A DNA stretch of 33,576 bases, taken from positions 5,732-39,307 of the forward strand of contig DHWK01000034.1 of assembly GCA_002413145.1 (NCBI GenBank). The letters are read 5' to 3'. Position 1 is the first letter of the stretch; every line of letters starts with the position of its first letter. This document shows, piece by piece, positions 6,829-14,110 of the stretch. The position numbers and the translations under genes were made by a program. This DNA comes from a bacterium UBP12_UBA5184 (GTDB lineage: Bacteria; Vulcanimicrobiota; Vulcanimicrobiia; Vulcanimicrobiales; Vulcanimicrobiaceae). Under the pieces are notes generated by a model. That model saw nothing but the letters and a program-made list of their open reading frames with translations. It did no database searches and was not told the DNA's origin.

Positions 6829-8301
6829 GTGATCAATCGAGCCTGTGCTACCATCCCGGCCGTCGCGGCGTTTGCGCTGAGCGTGGCCGGCACCGCCGTC
6901 CCGGTAAGCGCAGACCAGGTGACGATCGTCTCCGTGCAGACCGGTCACTCGCTGATCGTCGACGCACCCCGCTTGTCGCGCGTTGCGGTGGGCGACAGCC
7001 GGATCGCCGGCGTGGTCCCCGTCGGCACCTCGCAAATAATTATTAACGGAAAGTCGTCGGGGCACACGACCGTCTTCGTCTGGAATTCCGGTGCGCGCAA
7101 GAGTTACGAAGTCACCGTCACCGAGCAAGGCTTCGACGACGTCGCAAAGATTTTGCGCTCGGCCATCAACGAACCGGGCGTGCAGGTCGTCGCTTACGAG
7201 AACACTATTTTCATTCGGGGCGGAGTCTCCGACGCGCAGGCCTACGCGCGCCTCAACGACATCCTGGCGCGCTTCGGGGGCGCCAAGTTCAATTCGTCGG
7301 GCAAGGGCGGCGAGGCGAAGATCATCAACATGGTCACCGTCGCGCGGCCGCTTGGCGATCTTCAGATTCGCCTAGCGACGATTCCGGGAGCGAGCGATCT
7401 GCGCGTCGACCCCGACGCGAAGGGCAACGTCATCGTGAGCGGCAGCGTGCGCGACCGCGCGGCCGCGGAGGCCGTCCTCAATAAGGTTCGCGGTCTAGCC
7501 GGTCCGTTTCTCGCGGCCGACGGAAAAGTGATCGACCGTCTCGCGACCGAGATGACCAGTCAAATCGACGTGAAAGTCTATGTGCTAGAAGTAGACAAGA
7601 CGGCCCAAAGCCAGCTCGGGCTGCGTCTTCAGGGCGCCTTGATCAACGGTGTGGCGACCGTCGGCGGCACCGCCGGGGGCAGCCAAACCTTTACGCTTGG
7701 ACCGGCCCAGATCGTCGGAATCGAGAATCCCAACCCGGCGAACATGTTCGGCAAGGCCCTCGGCCTCGGCAGCATCGCGCGCGCGACGATGCTCGCACCG
7801 ACGCTCGACCTACTCATGTCCGAAGGTCATGCCAAGCTGCTTTCGTCTCCCGACCTGGTCACCGTCCCCGGCAGCGAAGCGACTTTTCTGGTGGGCGGGA
7901 AAATCCCGATCCCCGTCTCCAACGGCCTCGGCACGGTCACCGTGCAGTATCAAGATTTCGGCGTCAAGCTGAAGGTGACGCCCACGGTGCTCGGTGGCGG
8001 CGGCATCGAATGCAAGATCAACCCCGAGGTTTCGAACCTGGACTTCGCCGACGCGGTAACGCTCAACGGCTTCACCGTCCCAGCCCTGAAAATCAGCACG
8101 CTCTCGACCGACGTCATCACGCAAACCGGCGAAAGTATCGTGATGGGCGGCTTGCTCAATCGGCTCGAGTCGGTCAACGTTCAGAAAATCCCGCTGCTCT
8201 CGGAGATCCCGATTCTCGGCAAACTCTTCCGCTCGACGAGCTATCAGAAGAGCGAGACCGACGTCGTCTTCGTCCTCACGCCGACGATCATCACACGCTA
8301 G
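6829..8301 (+). CDS. cpaC: Tad pilus outer-membrane secretin CpaC/RcpA
   Basis: Signal peptide (AVAAFALSVAGTAVPVSA), a pilus-formation N-domain (VTIVSVQTGHSLIVD...VAVGDSRIAGVVPV...GHTTVFVW) and BON-like segments. The C-terminal secretin core reads LLSSPDLVTVPGSEATFLVGGKIPIP...YQDFGVKLKVTP...IPLLSEIPILGKLFRS...VVFVLTPTII. I prefer the GTG at 6829 with GGAG 9 nt upstream. The track ORF begins at 6736. Confidence 0.9.
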   Translation: MINRACATIPAVAAFALSVAGTAVPVSADQVTIVSVQTGHSLIVDAPRLSRVAVGDSRIAGVVPVGTSQIIINGKSSGHTTVFVWNSGARKSYEVTVTEQGFDDVAKILRSAINEPGVQVVAYENTIFIRGGVSDAQAYARLNDILARFGGAKFNSSGKGGEAKIINMVTVARPLGDLQIRLATIPGASDLRVDPDAKGNVIVSGSVRDRAAAEAVLNKVRGLAGPFLAADGKVIDRLATEMTSQIDVKVYVLEVDKTAQSQLGLRLQGALINGVATVGGTAGGSQTFTLGPAQIVGIENPNPANMFGKALGLGSIARATMLAPTLDLLMSEGHAKLLSSPDLVTVPGSEATFLVGGKIPIPVSNGLGTVTVQYQDFGVKLKVTPTVLGGGGIECKINPEVSNLDFADAVTLNGFTVPALKISTLSTDVITQTGESIVMGGLLNRLESVNVQKIPLLSEIPILGKLFRSTSYQKSETDVVFVLTPTIITR

Positions 8302-8370
8302 CCACCGGATTGGATCGGTGCGAACCAGGTCACACGTTCGACCGCGAACGCGCGCAGGGCGCTCGATTCG

Positions 8371-9600
8371 GTGTACGCTCGTGCCCGTGTCCGGAAGCAC
8401 GTCGCGAGCTTGCGGTTGAAACGCAACATCGTCCTCGCTAGGTCGAACGACGGCCGCCGCCTCGATTACATCGACGGCCTGCGGGCCGTTGCCGTGCTCT
8501 TGGTCATGCTCTTTCACTCCCGCGTTCACGCGCCGGGGGTTACGCTCGGTCACGTTTTTCTCGAAGGGACCCACGGGGTCGACCTGTTCTTCGTGCTATC
8601 GGGTTTTTGTTTATCGCTGCCGACGCTCGAAAAGTTACGCCGCGAAGGCTCGCTGCGCTTCGATATCGCCGCGTTCGCGGCGAAGCGTGTTCTGCGGATT
8701 TTCCCGCCGTACGCGGTCGCGGTCCTCGCCTTCGCGCTGATCGGAACCTACGCGCTGAGCCGCGGCGTCGCGCTCCCCAAAGGTATGCTCGCGCACTTCG
8801 ATGCGCTCGACGTGGCGCGCGATCTATTCTTCCTCGATCGCAGCAATCAGCATCTGAACCAGTCGTTCTGGTCGCTCGCGGTCGAGTTTCGCTGGTATTT
8901 TCTGTTCCCGCCAATGCTGCTGCTCTGGGTGTCGCGGGCGCGAGCGTTCGTGGCGCTCTTGGTCGCAGTAATCGCCGCCAACGAGTTGACCCGCGCGACC
9001 AGCACCGACGTCGGCGTCCTCTCCGCGTTCATGCTCGGCATCGTGGCGGCTCACATCCGCGTGCACGCTCATCCGTTCGCGCGCTTCGCGCCGGCGCTCG
9101 GCTTCGTCGCGGTCTTCGCGGCGCTGGAGCTCGAGAACGTCCGCCACTTTCCGGTGCAGACCAATCCCGGCTGGCACGTCGCCGCGTTCGCGCTGGTCGT
9201 CATCGCCGGTAATGAAGGCTGGCTGCAACGCATCCTCTCCTGGCGCTGGCTCGCGCGGCTGGGCGTCGCGTCCTACAGTATCTACCTCGTCCACGAGCCG
9301 ATTGTCTCGGCTACGATGTCGCTGTTCGTTCCGCGCTACGGCTTCGTCGCCGCGCTGCCCGTCGCGCTCGCACTTGGTCTGGCCGGAGGCTTCGCGATGT
9401 GGGCGATCGTCGAACGCCCGATCACGCAGCGCAGCGTCGTCGCGGCGTTCGTCGCCGGCGCTTCGAAGCGCATGAGCGGACTCTTTACCTTCACCGGCCT
9501 GCCCCTGGAGATGCGGATCAGCGCGCCGATGGCGAGCGCGCCGGCGGCGACCGGCCGCGTCATCGCCTTCGCCGGGAGGGACCAAGCCGCCGAATCGTAA
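8371..9600 (+). CDS. Acyltransferase family 3 (OafA/YrhL-type membrane O-acyltransferase)
   Basis: LDYIDGLRAVAVLLVMLFHS...GVDLFFVLSGFCL is the hallmark AT3 N-terminus. About 10 predicted TMs follow. The exact start is uncertain. Confidence 0.8.
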   Translation: MYARARVRKHVASLRLKRNIVLARSNDGRRLDYIDGLRAVAVLLVMLFHSRVHAPGVTLGHVFLEGTHGVDLFFVLSGFCLSLPTLEKLRREGSLRFDIAAFAAKRVLRIFPPYAVAVLAFALIGTYALSRGVALPKGMLAHFDALDVARDLFFLDRSNQHLNQSFWSLAVEFRWYFLFPPMLLLWVSRARAFVALLVAVIAANELTRATSTDVGVLSAFMLGIVAAHIRVHAHPFARFAPALGFVAVFAALELENVRHFPVQTNPGWHVAAFALVVIAGNEGWLQRILSWRWLARLGVASYSIYLVHEPIVSATMSLFVPRYGFVAALPVALALGLAGGFAMWAIVERPITQRSVVAAFVAGASKRMSGLFTFTGLPLEMRISAPMASAPAATGRVIAFAGRDQAAES

Positions 9601-9609
9601 GTCGCTTGC

Positions 9610-11037
9610 GTGGTACTTTCCACACGAGAGCGCATCGTCGCCGGGCTCTTCCTCACCGCCCTGGCGCTTTCGTTCGTACTCGCGCTCACGAACGCCGTCC
9701 CATTTCCGTCGCGCGCCTTCCTGTACGATTATCGTGCGTTCGCGTGTGCCGGCGGCATCGCAGGCACAGCCGACGATCCATATCGCGCCGAGCCGTTGAG
9801 AACGTGCGAGCACCGGAGCGGTCTGCTCGCCGGGCGTAAGGACCTCGCGCGCCTCGCCGTCCCAGCGCCGTTGCCCGGCTATGCCTTCGCACCGCTTGCG
9901 CTGCTCGGACGCCTCCCCGGGCCGTCCGGCGCAATCCTCTGGATCTTGCTCTCGCTGCTCGGAGCGGTGCTCGCGGTTCGCTCCCTTAGCGCGCTCGCTC
10001 GAGCGCGCGCCCGCATCGTCTGGTTGGCGCTCCTTTTGCCGCTCGCCGTCGCGCTCGTCCTCGGGCAACTCGTTCCGCTGGCGCTCGGCACGCTGTGTTT
10101 GGCGGCCCTGGCACTCGAACGCGGGCGTTTCGGACTCGCCGCAGCCGCTCTGTGGGTCGCGATGATCGAACCCCACGTCGCATTTCCGGCCCTGCTCGCG
10201 CTCGCGCTCTTCGTTCCGCGCGCGCGTCTCGGCGTCGGCATCGGCGCGATCGTCGCGTTCGTCCTCTCACTCGCATTGCTCGGCGCCGGAAAAAATCTCG
10301 AGTACCTCGCGCAAGTCCTACCGGCGCACGCGGCGAGCGAACTCGCTAACGAAGAGCAGTACAGCCTCGCGTATCTCTTGCACCGCTTGGGTGCAGCCGA
10401 TCCTTGGGCGCTGCGGATCGCCGATTTTTGGTACCTCATCGCGCTCGCAGCCGGCCTCGCCGTCGCGCGACGGCTCGTCTCGCGCGGCGCGCCGCATTCG
10501 CTGTATCTCTTGATTCCGGCGGCGTTCGCGGTGGTCGGCAGTCCCTTCGTCCACATCCACCAGATCGTTTTCATCGTGCCGGCGCTGATCGTTGTCGCCG
10601 CGCGCTTCGCGCCGCGCGCGCGCGCTCTCTCGCTCGCGATCGTGCTCCTGGCGATTCCGTGGGGGGCGTTCGGGCTGCTCGCGCTCGCGGCGCCGTTCGT
10701 TGCGTTCGCGATCGGCATGCTGACGTACGAACTCTTCGGCGCACGGCCGTTGGCTGCGACCTTGGCGGGGCTTCTCGCGGCCGCGTTCGTCGCCATGCTC
10801 GTGCTCGAACAGTCGCTAGTGCCGCGCCCCGACGCGACCGCGGCGCTCGCCCCCTACGGGGACGGCCGACTCCTGGCGGAGGCAAGCTGGACGGCGTACA
10901 TGCGCAGCAGCTTCCACGAAAATGTGGTCGTCTTCGCGCTGGCCAAGCTGCCGACGCTCGCCGGGGTCGCGTTCGGTCTCGCTCTGGTCGTCCGCGCGGC
11001 GATCGTCGAGCGGCGGCCCCTGCGGACGGCCGCTTAG
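9610..11037 (+). CDS. Polytopic membrane protein, GT87/DUF2029-like putative GT-C glycosyltransferase (paralog 1)
   Basis: 475 aa, highly hydrophobic. The first extracytoplasmic loop after TM1 reads LYDYRAFACAGGIAGTADDPYRAEPLRTCEH. That matches the DFxxYYxAAxxxxxGxxPY pattern I associate with GT87/DUF2029. It is clearly paralogous to 11638-13014 through shared blocks VPAPLPGYAF, LGQLVP(L/I)AL, (I/L)EPH(V/L)AFPA and NLEYLxQVL. It starts 10 nt after the AT3 stop. Confidence 0.6.
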   Translation: MVLSTRERIVAGLFLTALALSFVLALTNAVPFPSRAFLYDYRAFACAGGIAGTADDPYRAEPLRTCEHRSGLLAGRKDLARLAVPAPLPGYAFAPLALLGRLPGPSGAILWILLSLLGAVLAVRSLSALARARARIVWLALLLPLAVALVLGQLVPLALGTLCLAALALERGRFGLAAAALWVAMIEPHVAFPALLALALFVPRARLGVGIGAIVAFVLSLALLGAGKNLEYLAQVLPAHAASELANEEQYSLAYLLHRLGAADPWALRIADFWYLIALAAGLAVARRLVSRGAPHSLYLLIPAAFAVVGSPFVHIHQIVFIVPALIVVAARFAPRARALSLAIVLLAIPWGAFGLLALAAPFVAFAIGMLTYELFGARPLAATLAGLLAAAFVAMLVLEQSLVPRPDATAALAPYGDGRLLAEASWTAYMRSSFHENVVVFALAKLPTLAGVAFGLALVVRAAIVERRPLRTAA

Positions 11038-11038
11038 T

Positions 11039-11641
11039 GTGACCGGGCGACTGCGCCTCATCGCAAGCCGTCGCTTGGCCGACAACAGGGTCGTGCGAGT
11101 TTTTGTACTGGTTGCAGCCTTGGCCGTGCTCCTTCCGACGCCGGTTCGAGCCGAAACGGTGACGAACGTCCGCGGCGTCCAGATCATCACGGGCAATGAT
11201 CCGACCCCCGCCCCTCGGCGGCCGAGGAAATCTCGGGCTGCGCCACCCGTCCCACGCCCAAAAGCCGCGCACCCGCTCGCCGACGCCATCCTGCGCAACG
11301 CCCTGGCCTACGTCGGTACGCCGTATCGCTGGGGCGGGACCTCGCCGCGGACCGGCTTCGATTGTTCGGGTTACGTCTGGTTCGTCTACGCGAGCGCCGG
11401 GATCGGCATACCGCGCACCGCTGACGCGCAGTTTGCCGCCGGACGGCCGATCGCAGGCGACCCGGCGCCGGGCGATCTCGTCTTTTTCCAAACGTACGAT
11501 TGGGGCGCGTCGCACGTCGGCATCTATCTCGGGAACGGCTGGTTCGTTCAGGAGATCGCGCCGAACGTTCACTTTTCGAATTTCAACTCGCCGTATTTCC
11601 GCAGCCGCTACATCGGCGCGCGCCGCTTCCTTCCGGCGTGA
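11039..11641 (+). CDS. Secreted NlpC/P60 (C40) family cell-wall hydrolase
   Basis: Signal/anchor segment (VVRVFVLVAALAVLLPTPVRAE), a Pro/Arg-rich linker, then the catalytic domain YVGTPYRWGGTSPRTGFDCSGYVWFVY...GDLVFFQ...ASHVGIYLGNGWFV. The GTG at 11039 lies 2 nt after the upstream stop. The track ORF start (10922) overlaps the upstream gene. Confidence 0.85.
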   Translation: MTGRLRLIASRRLADNRVVRVFVLVAALAVLLPTPVRAETVTNVRGVQIITGNDPTPAPRRPRKSRAAPPVPRPKAAHPLADAILRNALAYVGTPYRWGGTSPRTGFDCSGYVWFVYASAGIGIPRTADAQFAAGRPIAGDPAPGDLVFFQTYDWGASHVGIYLGNGWFVQEIAPNVHFSNFNSPYFRSRYIGARRFLPA

Positions 11642-13014
11642 GCGCGCGCTCGCGCCTCGGCGCGATCGCCCTGGTGCTCGTCGCACTCGCGTGGCTGGTC
11701 GCAACGCGCGACAAATTCGAGGGGCGCACGTTCGGTTACGATTTCGTCGCCTTCTATTGCGGCGCGTCGGTCGCCGTCGCCGGCGCCGACCCGTACCGTA
11801 CCGAGCCGTTACGCTCTTGCGAACATCGCGCCGGCCGGCAGTTTCGCAGCGATAGCCGGCTCGTCGTCCCGGCTCCCCTACCCGGTTACGCCTTCGCGCT
11901 CGTCGCGCCGCTGACGCGTCTTCCGTATCCGCTGGCGCTCGCGCTGTGGAGCGCGCTGCTGGTCTTTTCGTACGTCGTGTGCGTCGTCACGCTCGTACGC
12001 CTGACGGGCCTCTCGCCCCCAATCGTCACCGCGGCGACGATTCTCTCGCTCGGCGTCGTCTCGCTCGTGCTGGGGCAACTCGTCCCGATCGCACTCGCGG
12101 CATTGTGTCTCGCGGCGCGTGCCCTCGAACGAGAACGCCCATACGAGACGGCAGCCTGGTCGACGCTCGCGATGCTCGAACCGCACCTCGCGTTTCCGGC
12201 GATCGTCGCAATCTTCGTGGCGCGTCCTGCCACACGCGCCCCATTGCTCGCCGGCCTCGGCGCGCTCGGGGCGATTTCGCTCGGGCTCGGGGCCGCGCTC
12301 AACCTCGAATACCTAACGCAAGTCTTGCACGCGCAGGTCGCGAGCGAGATCGCGCGCGCCGATCAATTGAGTCCGATCGCGCTCGCGTACCGGGCCGGCT
12401 TGAACGAAGACAGCGCGGTCGCGCTCGGCAGCTTGACCTACGCGCTCGCCGCGGCCCTCGGCGTCACGCTCGGCATCGCAGCGGCGCGGCGCAGCGGCGC
12501 AGCCGCGGCGCTGGTCGTCGTGCCCCCGGCGATCGCGTTGCTCGGCGCGCCGTACGTACACGTGCAACATCTTGCGTTCGCGCTTCCCGCGGCGCTCTTT
12601 CTGTTCGGCCGCACCGAATGGAAAACGCCGGCGCTCCTGGCGATCTTTCTGCTCGCGATTCCGCTCGTCGTCCCATACGACGCGACGCCGCTCGTGCCGT
12701 TCGCGGCCTTGATCGTCGCACTCTTGGCGCACGAACTTGCGAAGCTGTCGGCGCCGCGCAGCGCGGCCCTCGGATTGGTTGCGGGCGCGCTCGTCTTTTG
12801 GATCGCGGCCTCGCTCGCGCCGCACGTCCCGCCGCCGCCCTCGGCGTATGCCGGAATCGCCGGCTCAGACCCGGCGCAAGCGAGTTGGCGCATTCTGATC
12901 GCCGCCGGTTTCCACGACGACGTCCCGCTCCTCATGGCCCTCGCGCTGCCGGTCTGGACGGCGCTCGTCGCGCTTGCCGTCGCCGCCGCGTCGCTGCGTC
13001 CGAAAGCAGCCTAG
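11638..13014 (+). CDS. Polytopic membrane protein, GT87/DUF2029-like putative GT-C glycosyltransferase (paralog 2)
   Basis: Loop 1 reads GYDFVAFYCGASVAVAGADPYRTEPLRSCEH, and it shares the paralog blocks listed for 9610-11037. The in-frame GTG at 11638 overlaps the NlpC/P60 stop (GTGA). The track start (11500) lies inside the NlpC/P60 gene. Confidence 0.6.
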   Translation: MSARSRLGAIALVLVALAWLVATRDKFEGRTFGYDFVAFYCGASVAVAGADPYRTEPLRSCEHRAGRQFRSDSRLVVPAPLPGYAFALVAPLTRLPYPLALALWSALLVFSYVVCVVTLVRLTGLSPPIVTAATILSLGVVSLVLGQLVPIALAALCLAARALERERPYETAAWSTLAMLEPHLAFPAIVAIFVARPATRAPLLAGLGALGAISLGLGAALNLEYLTQVLHAQVASEIARADQLSPIALAYRAGLNEDSAVALGSLTYALAAALGVTLGIAAARRSGAAAALVVVPPAIALLGAPYVHVQHLAFALPAALFLFGRTEWKTPALLAIFLLAIPLVVPYDATPLVPFAALIVALLAHELAKLSAPRSAALGLVAGALVFWIAASLAPHVPPPPSAYAGIAGSDPAQASWRILIAAGFHDDVPLLMALALPVWTALVALAVAAASLRPKAA

Positions 13015-13043
13015 GGACCCCGAGCGCAGGAGCGCGCGCCGCG

Positions 13044-13361
13044 CTATCTGAGGCGGGCGTTGCGCAGCGCGAGCTCGCGTACGATCGCGATCAGCTGCTG
13101 CTCCTGGCGCTTGAAACGAAAGTAGAAGTTTGCGGCGGCGAACAGGCCGCCGACGATCGCGAAGTAGACGATGAGATCGGCGCCGCGGCCGACGCCGAAG
13201 CGTTCGGCGACCCACTGCGCGGCGCTCGGCCAGACTACGAACGTGATGCCGCCGGCGAGCAGTGCCAGGGCGCCGAGCAACTGCAGCCCGCCCAAGCGGT
13301 GACTGGCGACGTACATCCCGAAAACGATGATGGCGAAGAGGAGAATCGACCCGATCATCAC
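13044..13361 (-). CDS. Small membrane protein, DUF2304-like GT2 partner
   Basis: 105 aa with 3-4 TMs, then a C-terminal amphipathic tail (FRFKRQEQQLIAIVRELALRNARL). Its start overlaps the GT2 stop (GTGA). From memory, this size, topology and position match the DUF2304 family found downstream of GT2 genes. Confidence 0.6.
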   Translation of the reverse strand: MMIGSILLFAIIVFGMYVASHRLGGLQLLGALALLAGGITFVVWPSAAQWVAERFGVGRGADLIVYFAIVGGLFAAANFYFRFKRQEQQLIAIVRELALRNARLR

Positions 13362-14053
13362 CGGCTCCAGGCCGCGTAGACGAGGTCGAACAAGATCTTG
13401 ACCGAGTTGCTGACGCCCTGCCCTTTCGCTAGCGAGTAGGCGCTGTAGTGGACGCGCGTCGGTACCTCGATGTAGCGCAGCCGTTCGCGCGCGATCGCCG
13501 CCAAAATTTCTGAGGCGTGCGCCATCCCGGGTTGACGGATGCGGATTCGCTCGGCGGCGGCGCGCGTCAAGAGTCGCAGTCCGTTGTGCGCGTCGCTCAA
13601 GCGCAGACCCGTCTGCAAACGCGTGAAGGCGACCGCGGCCCGCAGGGTCGCGCGGCGCAGCGCCGGCATCCCGGGCGAGCCTTCGAGAAAGCGCGAACCG
13701 AGCGCTACGGAGGCGCCCGAACCGGCCAGCGCCGACTGCAAAGCAGCGATCGAAGCGGGATCGTGCTGGCCGTCGGCATCGAAGGTGCAGATAAACGAGG
13801 CGTTGCGCGCCAGCGCGTAATCGATTCCGGTCTGTAGCGCAGCGCCCTGGCCGAGGTTGATCGCATGGCGCACGACCGTCGCTCCCGACTCGAGGGCGAC
13901 CTCGGCGGTGCGGTCGCTCGAACCGTCGTCGACGACGGCGACCCGCGGCAGATACTCCGCGAGGCCGCGCAAAACCGCGCCGAGCGCCTCGGCTTCGTTA
14001 TAGGCCGGGACGACGACCCACAGGCCGGGCTTGCGCCGTTCGCGCGTACTCAT
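13358..14053 (-). CDS. Glycosyltransferase family 2, polyprenyl-phosphate sugar synthase-like (DPM1/GtrB-like, no TM tail)
   Basis: VVVPAYNEAEALGAVL...VAVVDDGSSDRT...FDADGQHDP...ALGSRF shows the GT-A fold motifs including DxD. At 231 aa it lacks the C-terminal TM helices of GtrB. Confidence 0.85.
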   Translation of the reverse strand: MSTRERRKPGLWVVVPAYNEAEALGAVLRGLAEYLPRVAVVDDGSSDRTAEVALESGATVVRHAINLGQGAALQTGIDYALARNASFICTFDADGQHDPASIAALQSALAGSGASVALGSRFLEGSPGMPALRRATLRAAVAFTRLQTGLRLSDAHNGLRLLTRAAAERIRIRQPGMAHASEILAAIARERLRYIEVPTRVHYSAYSLAKGQGVSNSVKILFDLVYAAWSR

Positions 14054-14110
14054 GCTCCCTGGGTGTTCGACCCCTGGGAGGGCGGGGTTTAGGAAGGAAG
14101 GGGCGCCTGG

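Noticed and set aside
8824-10176. 450-aa minus-strand ORF across the AT3 and GT87-like-1 genes
   Set aside because: It is antisense to two genes with clear membrane-protein periodicity and family motifs. The translation is highly charged (Arg/Glu/Asp) and low in complexity.
10571-13379. Long overlapping ORFs 10571-11704 (minus, 377 aa) and 11946-13379 (plus, 477 aa)
   Set aside because: Both are Arg/Ala/Pro-rich shadow frames of the GT87-like and NlpC/P60 genes. The second also runs through the convergent DUF2304-like gene. Neither has motifs.
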